NCBI GenBank assembly: GCA_028872975.1
Contig: JAGWNV010000001.1
Span: 1 to 45,013, forward strand
DNA: 45,013 nt
Direction of reading: 5' to 3'
Source: Acidobacteriota bacterium
GTDB taxonomy: Bacteria > Actinomycetota > Acidimicrobiia > Acidimicrobiales > UBA8190
The notes beneath the pieces are model-generated. The model was not told the DNA's origin, searched no databases, and saw nothing but the letters and a program-made list of their open reading frames with translations. Shown here in pieces: positions 25,871-34,985 of this stretch. The position numbers and the translations under genes are program-made. The stretch's first letter is position 1. Every line of letters begins with the position of its first letter.

Positions 25871-26754
25871 TGCTGGCGGCGGGGATGGCCAAGCGCTACG
25901 GGGGCCCCAAGCCCCTCGCCCCGGTGGGGCTCCACGGCGAGGCCCTCGTCGACGTGGCCGCCAGCGACGCCATGGCGGCCGGCTTCGGCGAGATCGTCGT
26001 GGTCCTCGGCCCCCACAGCGGGCCGGCCATCGCCTACCACCTGGCCCGCAGCTGGCCCCCCTCGGTGCCGGTGTCGGTGGCCGAGCAGACCGTCCCCCTC
26101 GGCACCGCCCACGCCGCCCTGTGCGCCCGGCGCGCCGTGGGGGACCGACCCTTCGCCCTCGTGAACGCCGACGACGTCTACGGCACCGCCGCCCTGGCCG
26201 AGCTCTGCGCCCACCTGCGCGCCGGCGAGGACCACGCCAACGTCCTCTACCGCCTCGAGCACACCGTGCTCACCGACGACCCGGTGACCCGGGCCGCCTG
26301 CACGGTGACCCCCGACGGGTGGCTGGCCGCCATGGTCGAGCGCAAGCACGTCCACCGCGACGGCGACGGCGGGTTCGTGGCCGACGACGGCAAGGAGCCG
26401 GCCGCCCTCGCCCCCGACACCCTCGTCTCGGTGAACCTGTGGGGCATCCAGCCCGCCTTGTGGCCGGTCCTCGTGGCGGCCGTCACCGCCGTCCACCCCG
26501 CCGTCGGCCCCGACGGCACCGTCACCGGCGACCTCGCCGGCGACGAGGAGGTCCTCCTGCCCGAGGTGGTGGGGGCCATGGTGGAAGGCCGCGCCCCGGA
26601 CGGATCGGCCCCCCAGCGGGTGCGCGCCCTTCGCACCGACGGGCGCTGCATCGGCGTGACCCATGCCGAGGACCTCGCCGTGGCCCGCACCGAGCTGGCC
26701 CTCATGGTCGGCACCGGGGAGCGGGCCGAACGCCTCTGGAGCGGCCCGGGCTGA
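25867..26754 (+). CDS. Nucleotidyltransferase-fold protein (NTP_transferase / MobA-like N-terminus)
   Basis: (V)MLAAGMAKRYGGPKPLAPVG...LVNADDVYG. The GTG at 25867 or ATG at 25870 overlaps the fabH TGA. Confidence 0.65.
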   Translation: MMLAAGMAKRYGGPKPLAPVGLHGEALVDVAASDAMAAGFGEIVVVLGPHSGPAIAYHLARSWPPSVPVSVAEQTVPLGTAHAALCARRAVGDRPFALVNADDVYGTAALAELCAHLRAGEDHANVLYRLEHTVLTDDPVTRAACTVTPDGWLAAMVERKHVHRDGDGGFVADDGKEPAALAPDTLVSVNLWGIQPALWPVLVAAVTAVHPAVGPDGTVTGDLAGDEEVLLPEVVGAMVEGRAPDGSAPQRVRALRTDGRCIGVTHAEDLAVARTELALMVGTGERAERLWSGPG

Positions 26755-26826
26755 CCGGTGCCCGCCCGCCCCCGGAGGGCGGCGCCGGTAGGATCGGGGG
26801 CCGGAGCGACGGAGCGGGCCCAGGCC

Positions 26827-27750
26827 ATGGACGCACAGCGGAGCCGAAGCCGCCGGCTGGCGGTCGCCGTCGGGGTCAACCTGGCCCTCGCCGGCGCCCA
26901 GCTCGGGGCCGGGTTGGCGGGCCACTCGGTGGGACTGCTGGCCGACGCCGGGCACAACGTCACCGACGTCGCCGGCCTGGCCGTGTCGCTCGTCGCCGTC
27001 CGCCTGGTGTCGCGGCCCCGCAGCCCCGAGCGGTCCTTCGGCTACCACCGGTCGAGCATCCTCGCCGCCCTGGCCAACGCCACGGTCATCGCCGCCGTCA
27101 CGATGGCCATCGCCGTGGGTGCGCTCCTGCGGCTCCTCCACCCCCGCCCCGTCGACGGCGGGCTCATGGTGGTGGTGGCCGGGGTGGGCCTGCTCGCCAA
27201 CGGCGTCCTCGCCCTGGTGCTCCGCGAGGGCGGGGACCTTAACATGCGCAGCGCCGCCCTGCACATGGCCGGCGACGCCCTGGCCTCGCTGGCGGTGGTG
27301 GTGGCCGGGGCCCTCCTCACCGCCGACCCGGCGCTCCGGTGGGCCGACCCGGCCGCCTCCCTGGCCGTGGCCCTCCTCATCGTCGTCGAGGCCTACCGGC
27401 TGCTGCGCGCCGCCGTCGAGGTCCTCCTCGAGTCCTCCCCCGCCGACGTCGACCTCGAGCGGCTGACCGACACCATGCGGGAGGTCCCGGGGGTGGCCGA
27501 GGTCCACGACCTGCACGTCTGGAGCCTCTCCAGCGAGGTCCGGGCGCTCTCCGCCCATCTCGTCGTGACCGGCCACCCCTCCCTGGAGGAAGCCCAGGCC
27601 GTCGGCGACCAGGTGAAGGCGGCCGTGGGCGGCCCCTTCGCCATCGCCCACACGACCCTCGAGCTCGAGTGCGAGCGGTGCAACGACGAGGACGACCCGT
27701 GCCTGATGGACGGCCTGGTCGTCGCCCCGCCCCGCCGCGCCGGGCGGTGA
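26827..27750 (+). CDS. Cation diffusion facilitator (CDF) family transporter
   Basis: GHSVGLLADAGHNVTDV, HMAGDALASL, and a C-terminal HDLHVWSLSS dimerisation domain. The start is taken as ATG 26827; the track start at 26758 is also possible. Confidence 0.85.
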   Translation: MDAQRSRSRRLAVAVGVNLALAGAQLGAGLAGHSVGLLADAGHNVTDVAGLAVSLVAVRLVSRPRSPERSFGYHRSSILAALANATVIAAVTMAIAVGALLRLLHPRPVDGGLMVVVAGVGLLANGVLALVLREGGDLNMRSAALHMAGDALASLAVVVAGALLTADPALRWADPAASLAVALLIVVEAYRLLRAAVEVLLESSPADVDLERLTDTMREVPGVAEVHDLHVWSLSSEVRALSAHLVVTGHPSLEEAQAVGDQVKAAVGGPFAIAHTTLELECERCNDEDDPCLMDGLVVAPPRRAGR

Positions 27751-28040
27751 CGGGGACCGACGGGACGGTCCCGGTGGTCCGCCGCAGGGTCCTCGTGCGG
27801 GGACGGGTCCAGGGCGTGGGATTCCGGATGTCCTGCGCCCGGCGGGCCCGGGACCTCGAGCTGGGCGGCAGCGTCCGCAACCGTCCCGACGGGACCGTGG
27901 AGGCCGTCTTCGAGGGCCCCGCCGGTGCCGTGGAGCGAATGGTCGACTGGTGCCGCACCGGCCCGCCCCTGGCCCACGTGACCGGCGTCACCGTCGACGA
28001 CGAGGTGCCGGCCGGCGTGGCGGAGTTCGCCGTCGCCTGA
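27747..28040 (+). CDS. acyP: Acylphosphatase
   Basis: VLVRGRVQGVGFRMSCARRARDLELGGSVRNRPDGTVEAVFEG. It has a GTGA overlap with the CDF stop. Confidence 0.85.
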   Translation: MTGTDGTVPVVRRRVLVRGRVQGVGFRMSCARRARDLELGGSVRNRPDGTVEAVFEGPAGAVERMVDWCRTGPPLAHVTGVTVDDEVPAGVAEFAVA

Positions 28041-28058
28041 GGGTCGGGGGGCGCCCGG

Positions 28059-28316
28059 CGACGGGGCCCGGACGCGGCGAAGCCCCGAGTAGCCGGTTCG
28101 GCCGAAGCCGTCCGTGCTCCTCGGGGCGGTCGCCCTCGGTCTCAGGCACCCGGACCCGGGGTCGGACGACCCCCGGTCGGGCTGCCGGTCCGGGAGGTCC
28201 CAGGGAACCTACCGATCCTGCGTCCGTCGACCTGACCGAGGGCTCCGTCTCCCGGTCCTCCGGTAGACCACCTTGCGGCGATCCTTCCGTTCTTCCGGGT
28301 CGTGTTCCCGTCGGCT
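28059..28316 (-). ncRNA. Candidate structured RNA of about 255 nt (class unknown; a 6S/Ms1-like size and closed-ends architecture is only a hypothesis)
   Basis: On the minus strand TTGACT (28351..28346) is followed by 17 nt and then CACAGT (28328..28323). The predicted 5' end CGACGGG (28313..28307) and CCCGGA (28299..28294) pair in a nested way with UCCGGG (28072..28067) and CCCGUCG (28065..28059). Internal helices are CCCGGAC/GUCCGGG, CCGGGG/CCCCGG and CUACCG/CGGUAG, plus a cUUCGg tetraloop. No reading frame shows coding bias. Confidence 0.3.
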
Positions 28317-28360
28317 GGTGACACTGTGCGCCCGCCGCCGACAGGAGTCAACAGCACTTC

Positions 28361-28457
28361 GCGAAATCCCGATGTTGTCCAGAGAATTTCCCGATCCGTC
28401 CCCAAGGCACGGTCTTCTTTCCCCAGGTCCCCCTGTCGTGGTCCCCAGGAATTCCCC
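28361..28457. repeat. Phased array of short direct repeats with 21-22 bp spacing
   Basis: TCCCGAT starts at 28367 and 28389. TCCCCA(A)GG starts at 28399, 28420 and 28442. TTCCCCAAC is at about 28453. This is a locally AT-richer stretch immediately upstream of the candidate minus-strand promoter. Confidence 0.5.
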
Positions 28458-28458
28458 A

Positions 28459-28489
28459 ACGCGCCGGGGTCACGACGCGCCCGGCGCGT
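28459..28489 (-). terminator. 10-bp perfect hairpin abutting the SRPBCC gene stop codon (I-shaped terminator candidate, possibly bidirectional)
   Basis: ACGCGCCGGG-N11-CCCGGCGCGT. There is no clear U-tract. Confidence 0.35.
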
Positions 28490-28977
28490 CAGCGACGGTC
28501 GTCGTCGCCGGCGTGGGCGCCGAGGCCGCGGCCGCGCTCGCCGCTCTCGAGGAGCCGGCCGATCTCGGCGACCTCCTCGGCCACCGAACGGGCGAACCAC
28601 GACCGGGCGGTGGCGTCGAACAACACCCCGAGGAGCCCGTGGCCGAAGTCCATCTCCTCGACGTGGCGCATCCGGGTGCCCCCGGGCGCCTCTTCGATCT
28701 CGAACCAGGCGTGCAGCCGCCGGGGCACACCGTGCTCGAGCGTGACGTCGATGCTCGTGGGCCGTTCCCAGCGGTAGCGGGTCACGACCGACCCGGGGAA
28801 CTTCCCGAAGAACTTGCCGTCCTCGCGCGCCAGCATGCCGTCGGGGGTGTCGGCCAGCTTGGTGACCCACACCATCTTCGTGTCGGCCTTGGTGTACTGC
28901 GCCGGGTCGAGCACGAAGTCGAAGACCTCGTCGGGCGTGACGCCCGCCACGAACACCGTTCCCTCGCCACGGATCAT
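28489..28977 (-). CDS. SRPBCC (START / polyketide-cyclase-like) ligand-binding domain protein
   Basis: MIRGEGTVFVAGVTPDEVFDFVLDPAQYTKAD...VTRYRWERPTSIDVTLEHG.... Size and pattern fit SRPBCC. Confidence 0.7.
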   Translation of the reverse strand: MIRGEGTVFVAGVTPDEVFDFVLDPAQYTKADTKMVWVTKLADTPDGMLAREDGKFFGKFPGSVVTRYRWERPTSIDVTLEHGVPRRLHAWFEIEEAPGGTRMRHVEEMDFGHGLLGVLFDATARSWFARSVAEEVAEIGRLLESGERGRGLGAHAGDDDRR

Positions 28978-29201
28978 GTCCCTGCCGCCTCCTCGTCACC
29001 GGGCCACCGGGTGCCCGCCGCCGGCCGTCACCGCCGCCGGCGCCCGGACCGACCCTAGCCCCGGGCGCGGCCGGAACCCCCGGTGCCGCTCCGCCCGTCG
29101 AGAGCGAGCGGCGGCCCATGTATCGGAACGGGCTGCGGGGGTATGGCGCGTGGAGGCGAGCAACGTCCGACCCGACGGACGCGACGAGACAGGGAGATCC
29201 C

Positions 29202-29765
29202 ATGAGCGGTTCCGGTGACATGCACAGCGAGCTGGTGGCGCTGCTCCTGGCCGACCATCAGGAGGCCAAGAGGCTGCTCGAGCGGTTCGACGGCCTGCCG
29301 GCCTCGCAGCGCGACGAAGCCTTCTGCGAGGTGACCTACGAGCTTGTCCGCCACGAGGTAGCCGAGGAGGAGGTCGTCTACCCCGCCCTGCGCCGTTACG
29401 TCGACGGGGGCGACGACACCGCCGACGTCCGCATCGCCGAGCAGTCCACGGCCGAGCAGCTCCTGGCCGACATGGAGAAGGCCGGGGTGGAGAGCCCCGA
29501 GTTCCCCTCGATGTTCGCCACGCTCCGCACCGACGTACTGGCCCATGCCGAAGCCGAGGAGCGCACCGTGTTCCCCGAGCTGTCGAGCTGCATCGGCGCC
29601 GACGACCTGCGCCAGCTGGCCACGCGCTACGAGACGGCCAAGAAGGCGGCCACCGCCCATCCCCACCCGCACGCCCCCGACACCCCGCCCGGGAACCTCC
29701 TCCTCGGGCCGGTGGCGGCCGTCGTCGACAGGGTCCGCGACGCCGTGCGAGGCGTGCGCACCTGA
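29202..29765 (+). CDS. Hemerythrin (HHE cation-binding) domain protein
   Basis: ATG 29202 is preceded by AGGGAG. Sequence reads LLADHQEAKRLLERF...ELVRHEVAEEEVVYPALR...VLAHAEAEERTVFPEL. Confidence 0.8.
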   Translation: MSGSGDMHSELVALLLADHQEAKRLLERFDGLPASQRDEAFCEVTYELVRHEVAEEEVVYPALRRYVDGGDDTADVRIAEQSTAEQLLADMEKAGVESPEFPSMFATLRTDVLAHAEAEERTVFPELSSCIGADDLRQLATRYETAKKAATAHPHPHAPDTPPGNLLLGPVAAVVDRVRDAVRGVRT

Positions 29766-29771
29766 GCGGCG

Positions 29772-30803
29772 TCAGCCGCCCACGACGGCGGCGGTGACGA
29801 GGAAGCCGGCGTAGCCGGCCAGCACGCCCACACCCTGGAGGCGGGTGAGCCGGCCGTGCCGGAAGGCGAGCACGCAGACGAGGGCGGTGAGCCCCACGGC
29901 GAACCCGGCAGTGGCGAGACCGCCGGCGTCGGCGGCGCCGAGCCCGACGGCGGTCCCGGGCACGAGGAGCCCCAGCACGACGTTCAGGTTGTTCGAATTG
30001 AGCGCCGTGCTGAGCACGGCCGCCCCCCGTCCCCGGCGGGCCAGGTACAGGGCGGCCACGGCGTTGGGAAGGCTCGTCACCGCCGCCAGCACCACGGCCC
30101 CGGTCACGACCGCCGACAGCCCGCTCCGGCTGCCGAAGGTGGCGGCGGTGGCCTCCATGACGGCGCTCGCCGCGATCACCACGGCGAGGGCCCCGGCCGC
30201 CTCGAGGGCCCGGCGCCGGCCCCCCGGCCTCGGGTGGACGGCGGGGAGCAGCTCGAGCTCCTCCTCGGAGACGGCTTGGCGAAGCCAGCGGGCGACCGGC
30301 GGCGGCACGCCCCGGCGCAGGGCGGCTCCCGGGGCGGCGGAGACGGCCAGGTAGGGGACGACGACCACCAGCGCGCCCACGAGCGCCGCCCAGGGCCGCC
30401 CGCCGGTGCCGACGCCGCCCAGGGCGCACAGGGCGAGCCACAGCGAGACACCGCCGGCCAGCACCACGACCCGCCGGTGGAGGTGGACCGTGCCGGCCAC
30501 GACGGCCCCGAGCCCGAGGAGGGCGGCGAGGTTGAAGGCGTTCGACCCGAGGACCACCCCGGCGCCGATCCGCCGCTCGTGGCGCAGCAGGGCGGTGACG
30601 GCCGAGGTGATCTCCGGCCCGTTGGCGGCGAGCGCGGCGACCATGCCGAGCATCGCCTCGGAGAGCCCGAGGCTCGCCCCCAGCCGCTCCAGGCGCACCA
30701 CGAGCACGCCGCTGGCGAGCAGGCTCACGGCGGCGGCGGCGACGAAGGCCGCAACCAGCGCGCCGGTGGGCACCGCCGCCACGAGCACCGGGCCGCCTCC
30801 CAT
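29772..30803 (-). CDS. Ca2+/Na+ antiporter (CaCA / YrbG-like) family membrane protein
   Basis: It has two Na_Ca_ex alpha-repeats, GPEITSAVTALL...GSNAFNL and LPNAVAALYLA...ALNSNNLNV. Confidence 0.8.
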   Translation of the reverse strand: MGGGPVLVAAVPTGALVAAFVAAAAVSLLASGVLVVRLERLGASLGLSEAMLGMVAALAANGPEITSAVTALLRHERRIGAGVVLGSNAFNLAALLGLGAVVAGTVHLHRRVVVLAGGVSLWLALCALGGVGTGGRPWAALVGALVVVVPYLAVSAAPGAALRRGVPPPVARWLRQAVSEEELELLPAVHPRPGGRRRALEAAGALAVVIAASAVMEATAATFGSRSGLSAVVTGAVVLAAVTSLPNAVAALYLARRGRGAAVLSTALNSNNLNVVLGLLVPGTAVGLGAADAGGLATAGFAVGLTALVCVLAFRHGRLTRLQGVGVLAGYAGFLVTAAVVGG

Positions 30804-30875
30804 GTCCGCACCTCCGCGTCCGACGAGGGTGCCGACCAGGCTTCCCGGCGCGCCGGTGCCAGTGTACGGGTGGTG

Positions 30876-32534
30876 TCAGCCGGCCACGGTGGGGAACCAG
30901 CCCGACACCGCCGAGGCCACGGCGTCGTCGAGTGCCCCGAGGGCGCGTCGCGCCTCGGCGAGCTCGACCGGCTCGAAGCACACCCGCCGTCCCGGCGCCA
31001 GGTGGGCGAGGCGGTGCAGGTCGGCGCGGGCCACCACCGCCACCACCGGATAGCCGCCGACGGTGGCGTGGTCGGGGCCGAGCACGACGAGCTCCCCGCC
31101 CGGTGGTGCCTGCACGGCCCCGGCCACCATCCCCCGTGACACCACATCGGTGATGCCCCCGGCCGGCGCCACGCCTCCGGTCAGGCGGACGCCCACCCGG
31201 TTGCTCTCGGGGGCCACCGTCCACTCCCCGGCCGGCACGCCGAGTGGCCCGGCCTCGGGCCCGGCCACGACCCGGAGCCGCACGACGTCGCCGCCGGCCT
31301 CCCCGGCGAACCGGATCCGGCCCCGGGGCCGGCCGGCCTGCCCCACGGCCAGCTCGTCGCCGGCCCGCAGCGGCCCCTGCCCGAGCCCGCTCAAGAGGTC
31401 GGCCGACTTGCTCCCGAAGAGCGCCGGCACCTCGAGGCCGCCTCCCACCGCCACCACCGCCCGCAGCGCCACCCCGGCGCTCGGGACCTCGACGGCCTGG
31501 CCGGGCCCGACCGACACCACGGTCGCCTCGGGCACGGGCCGGCCGTCCACCCGCACGTCGACGGCACCGGGCCGCCCGGGGTCGCCCACCACGGCGAGCT
31601 GCACGGGGCCGCCCCCGGCGCGCAGGGCCGGCCCCCTGCCGGTCACCTCGAGCACGGCCTCGCCGCCGCCGTTGCCGACGAGCCGGTTGGCGAGGGCGAG
31701 GGCCACGGCGTCGAAGGCCCCGGCGCGCGGCACCCCCAGTCCCGCCACCCCCCGCCGCCCGCCGTCCTCCACGAGCGTGCAGGCCCCGGCCGCCTCGACG
31801 ACGAGGGAGGGCCCCCGGCCCACCCGCAACACGGGGCGCGGAGGCGCCGGCGGGGGCGCCGGCTCGTCGCGGGCGCGGACGATCCGCACGGCGCGGCCCG
31901 GGGACAGCACGGCGTGGGGGGGCCGGTGGGGGTCGAACAGCGACGCCCCCGTCCGGCCCACGAGCTGCCAGCCCCCGGGCGTGGCCTGCGGGTACACCGC
32001 CGCGAAGCCGCCGGCCAGCGCCACCGATCCGGGCGGCACCTCCGGACGGGGCCGGTGCCGGCGGCCGAGCCCGGCCAGGACGGGCGAGAGCCCCCCCAGG
32101 TAGGCGAAGCCGGGCGAGAACCCGAGGAAGGCGACCCGCAGCGCGCTGGCGCACAGCTCGTCGACCACCCATGCCGGTGACCGGCCGAGCCCGGCGGCGA
32201 CCTCCTCGAGGTCGGGTCCGTCGAACCAGACCGGGATCTCGAAGGGGGCCTCCCCGCCGACGGCGCCGGCACCCCCCGGCCGGGCCCGAGCGGCACCGGA
32301 GAGGACGCGGCGGGCCAAGTCGCCGAGGGCGGCGGCCAGCTCGGCACCGTCCACGGCCAGGGGGTCGAAGACGACGGTGAGGGTGCCGAGGCCGACCACG
32401 GCCTCCTCGACGGCCAGGGCGGCGGCACGGCGAGCCTCGTGGACGAGGTCGGCGAGACGCCAGGCGGCCTCCATGTCGCGGAGGTCGACGAGGACGGCGG
32501 CGTCGCCGAGGGGGGAGACCTCGGCGGCGCTCAG
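30876..32534 (-). CDS. Fused 5-oxoprolinase subunits B and C (KipI-KipA / allophanate hydrolase subunits 1+2)
   Basis: The N-terminal half reads SPLGDAAVLVDL...PVWFDGPDLEEVA...AFLGFSPGFAYLGG...GGWQLVG (PxpB). The C-terminal half reads LVVEAAGACTLVEDGGRRG...VPRAGAFD...SNRVGVRL...GGYPVVAVV (PxpC). The only start-like codon at the conserved N-terminus is CTG 32534, which overlaps the pxpA TGA (CTGA). Confidence 0.8.
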   Translation of the reverse strand: MSAAEVSPLGDAAVLVDLRDMEAAWRLADLVHEARRAAALAVEEAVVGLGTLTVVFDPLAVDGAELAAALGDLARRVLSGAARARPGGAGAVGGEAPFEIPVWFDGPDLEEVAAGLGRSPAWVVDELCASALRVAFLGFSPGFAYLGGLSPVLAGLGRRHRPRPEVPPGSVALAGGFAAVYPQATPGGWQLVGRTGASLFDPHRPPHAVLSPGRAVRIVRARDEPAPPPAPPRPVLRVGRGPSLVVEAAGACTLVEDGGRRGVAGLGVPRAGAFDAVALALANRLVGNGGGEAVLEVTGRGPALRAGGGPVQLAVVGDPGRPGAVDVRVDGRPVPEATVVSVGPGQAVEVPSAGVALRAVVAVGGGLEVPALFGSKSADLLSGLGQGPLRAGDELAVGQAGRPRGRIRFAGEAGGDVVRLRVVAGPEAGPLGVPAGEWTVAPESNRVGVRLTGGVAPAGGITDVVSRGMVAGAVQAPPGGELVVLGPDHATVGGYPVVAVVARADLHRLAHLAPGRRVCFEPVELAEARRALGALDDAVASAVSGWFPTVAG

Positions 32535-33310
32535 GACGCGAACGGCGCCACCTCGACCTGGGCGCCGGCGAGGGCGTGCCGCACGGCGTGGGCCAGGCCG
32601 GCGGCCCCGGGGGTGTCCCCGTGCAGGCACAGCGAGGCGGCCCGGACCTCGACCCACCGCCTCCCGGCCCGCACCCGGCCGTCGACCACGAGCGAGAGGG
32701 CCTGGTCCACGACGGCCGCCTCCTCCTGGAGGACGGCGCCGGGGTCGCCGCGGGGCACGAGCCCGCCGTCGGGACCGTAGGCCCGGTCGGCGAAGGCCTC
32801 GGTCACCGCCGCCACGCCGGCGCGCTCGAAGCGCCCGGTCGTGACCGCACCGGCCGGGAGGAGCACGGCGAGATCCCCGGCGTCGCGCACCACGGCGGCC
32901 ATCAGCCGGGCCACGGTGTCGTCGGCGGCGCAGTCGTGGTACAGCGCCCCGTGCGGCTTCACGTAGCGCAGGGCCGTCCCGGCTCCGGCGGCGAGCCGGG
33001 CCACGAAGGCGATCTGGGCCGCCAGCGACGCCGCCAGCTCGGCCTCGTCCACCACGGCCCGGCGCCTGCCGAAGCCGGCACGGTCGGGGTACGAAGGATG
33101 GGCGCCGACGACCACGCCGGCGGCGACGGCACGGCGCACGGTGCCCACGATGCCCTCGGCGGTGCCGGCGTGGGCGCCACAGCAGACGCTGGCGCTCGTG
33201 ACGGCGCCGAGCAACGCCGCCTCGGCGGCAGCCGGCGCCGTGCCCTCGCCGACGTCGGCGTTGAGGTCGACCCTCGACACCGTCCCAGCATCGCGCCCGG
33301 CGCCCGGCAC
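32531..33310 (-). CDS. pxpA: 5-oxoprolinase subunit A (LamB/YcsF family)
   Basis: VDLNADVGEG, SVCCGAHAG and YVKPHGALY motifs. A GTG at 33280 is an alternative start. Confidence 0.88.
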   Translation of the reverse strand: MPGAGRDAGTVSRVDLNADVGEGTAPAAAEAALLGAVTSASVCCGAHAGTAEGIVGTVRRAVAAGVVVGAHPSYPDRAGFGRRRAVVDEAELAASLAAQIAFVARLAAGAGTALRYVKPHGALYHDCAADDTVARLMAAVVRDAGDLAVLLPAGAVTTGRFERAGVAAVTEAFADRAYGPDGGLVPRGDPGAVLQEEAAVVDQALSLVVDGRVRAGRRWVEVRAASLCLHGDTPGAAGLAHAVRHALAGAQVEVAPFAS

Positions 33311-33390
33311 TACAGTCCCCCGCCATCGACGACGCCGACGCCTTCGGCCACGCCCTCGCCGACTGGGCCGCAGGCGGCACGGACCTCGAG

Positions 33391-34056
33391 GTGCACGAAC
33401 GTCGCGACGGCCTGCTCGAGGAGGGGGCCGGGCCCGACCTCTACCTCGCCCCCTTCGGCGACTGGCCGCCGGCCGAGCAGGCGGCGGCCGGCTCTGCCCG
33501 CGGGCGCGTCCTCGACCTCGGCTGCGGCGCCGGACGCCTGGCGCTGCACCTCCAGCACACCGGCCTCGACGTGGTGGGCGCCGACGCCTCCCCCCTCGCC
33601 GCGGCCGTCGCCCGGCGCCGGGGCCTGCGCCAGGCCCGCGTGGCCACCTGGCAGGAGCTCTCGGCCGAGATCGGCTCGTTCGACACGGTGGCGCTCTTCG
33701 GCAACAACGCCGGCATCTTCGGCACCCCGGCCCGGCTGCAGGCCGTCCTCGCCCGGTGGGCGAGGCGCATGGGGCCCGACGCCACGGTCCTGGCCGAGAG
33801 CACGAGCCCCTACGCCGGCACCGCCCCCCTCCTCGACGCCGCCCACCGCCGGGCCAACCGCGCCGCCGGGCGCATGCCCGGCCAGCTCCGGCTCCGCTAC
33901 CGCTACGGCGGTCACGTCTCGCCCTGGTTCGACTGGCTCTTCCTCTCCCCCGCCGAGCTCCGCCGCCTCCTCAGAGGCACCGGCTGGGGCGTCGAGACCC
34001 TGCTCGACGACGGCCCCACCCAGCCCTTCGTGGCGGTGCTCCGCCGGCGGCCCGCC

Positions 34057-34071
<15 letters not shown>
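33391..34071 (+). CDS. Class I SAM-dependent methyltransferase
   Basis: RVLDLGCGAGRLALHL and FDTVALFGNN. The in-frame upstream codons (33325 onward, IDDADAFGHALADWAAGGTDLE) look protein-like but contain no ATG, GTG or TTG, so the N-terminus is uncertain. Confidence 0.72.
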
Positions 34072-34845
<774 letters not shown>

Positions 34846-34878
34846 GTCTCCTCCCTCGGACGCCCGGAGACTACAGTC

Positions 34879-34892
34879 CAGACACCTGTCTG
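34879..34892. promoter_or_regulatory. Inverted repeat CAGACA-CC-TGTCTG in the SDR/CMD divergent region
   Basis: Read directly from the sequence. It lies 34 nt upstream of the SDR start and is followed by CCTAGG. Confidence 0.3.
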
Positions 34893-34985
34893 CCTAGGGA
34901 CGAGGCGGCCTCGGCGGGGACGACCGACAGCTGGGCATGACGGAGAGGCGGAGTCGACCGAGGTGGCGATGACCGAGAGGTGGCG

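Noticed and set aside
28041-28458. A known housekeeping RNA (SRP/4.5S RNA, RNase P RNA or tmRNA) in the large convergent gap
   Set aside because: The hallmark motifs are absent on both strands. These are GGAAGCAG for the SRP domain IV loop, GAGGAAAGUCC for RNase P P4, and the tRNA-like ends with a tag ORF for tmRNA.
28996-32172. A 1058-aa ORF on the minus strand. Similar very long ORFs include 10520..13657, 5950..7740, 3528..5819 (N-terminal part) and 19003..21027.
   Set aside because: The translations are Arg/Pro/Gly-rich low-complexity sequence with no motifs. They lie out of frame or antisense to genes with clear domain signatures (pxpBC, CaCA, hemerythrin, pepN, rsmI, metG, Nramp). They are typical shadow ORFs of stop-codon-poor DNA at about 70% GC.
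33325-33390. An ATC (Ile) codon at 33325 as a non-canonical start that would extend the methyltransferase N-terminus (IDDADAFGHALADWAAGGTDLE)
   Set aside because: The extension looks protein-like, and I half-remember similar N-termini in this family. I cannot verify the homology, and ATC initiation is very rare. The GTG 33391 start is kept, and the uncertainty is noted in the feature.
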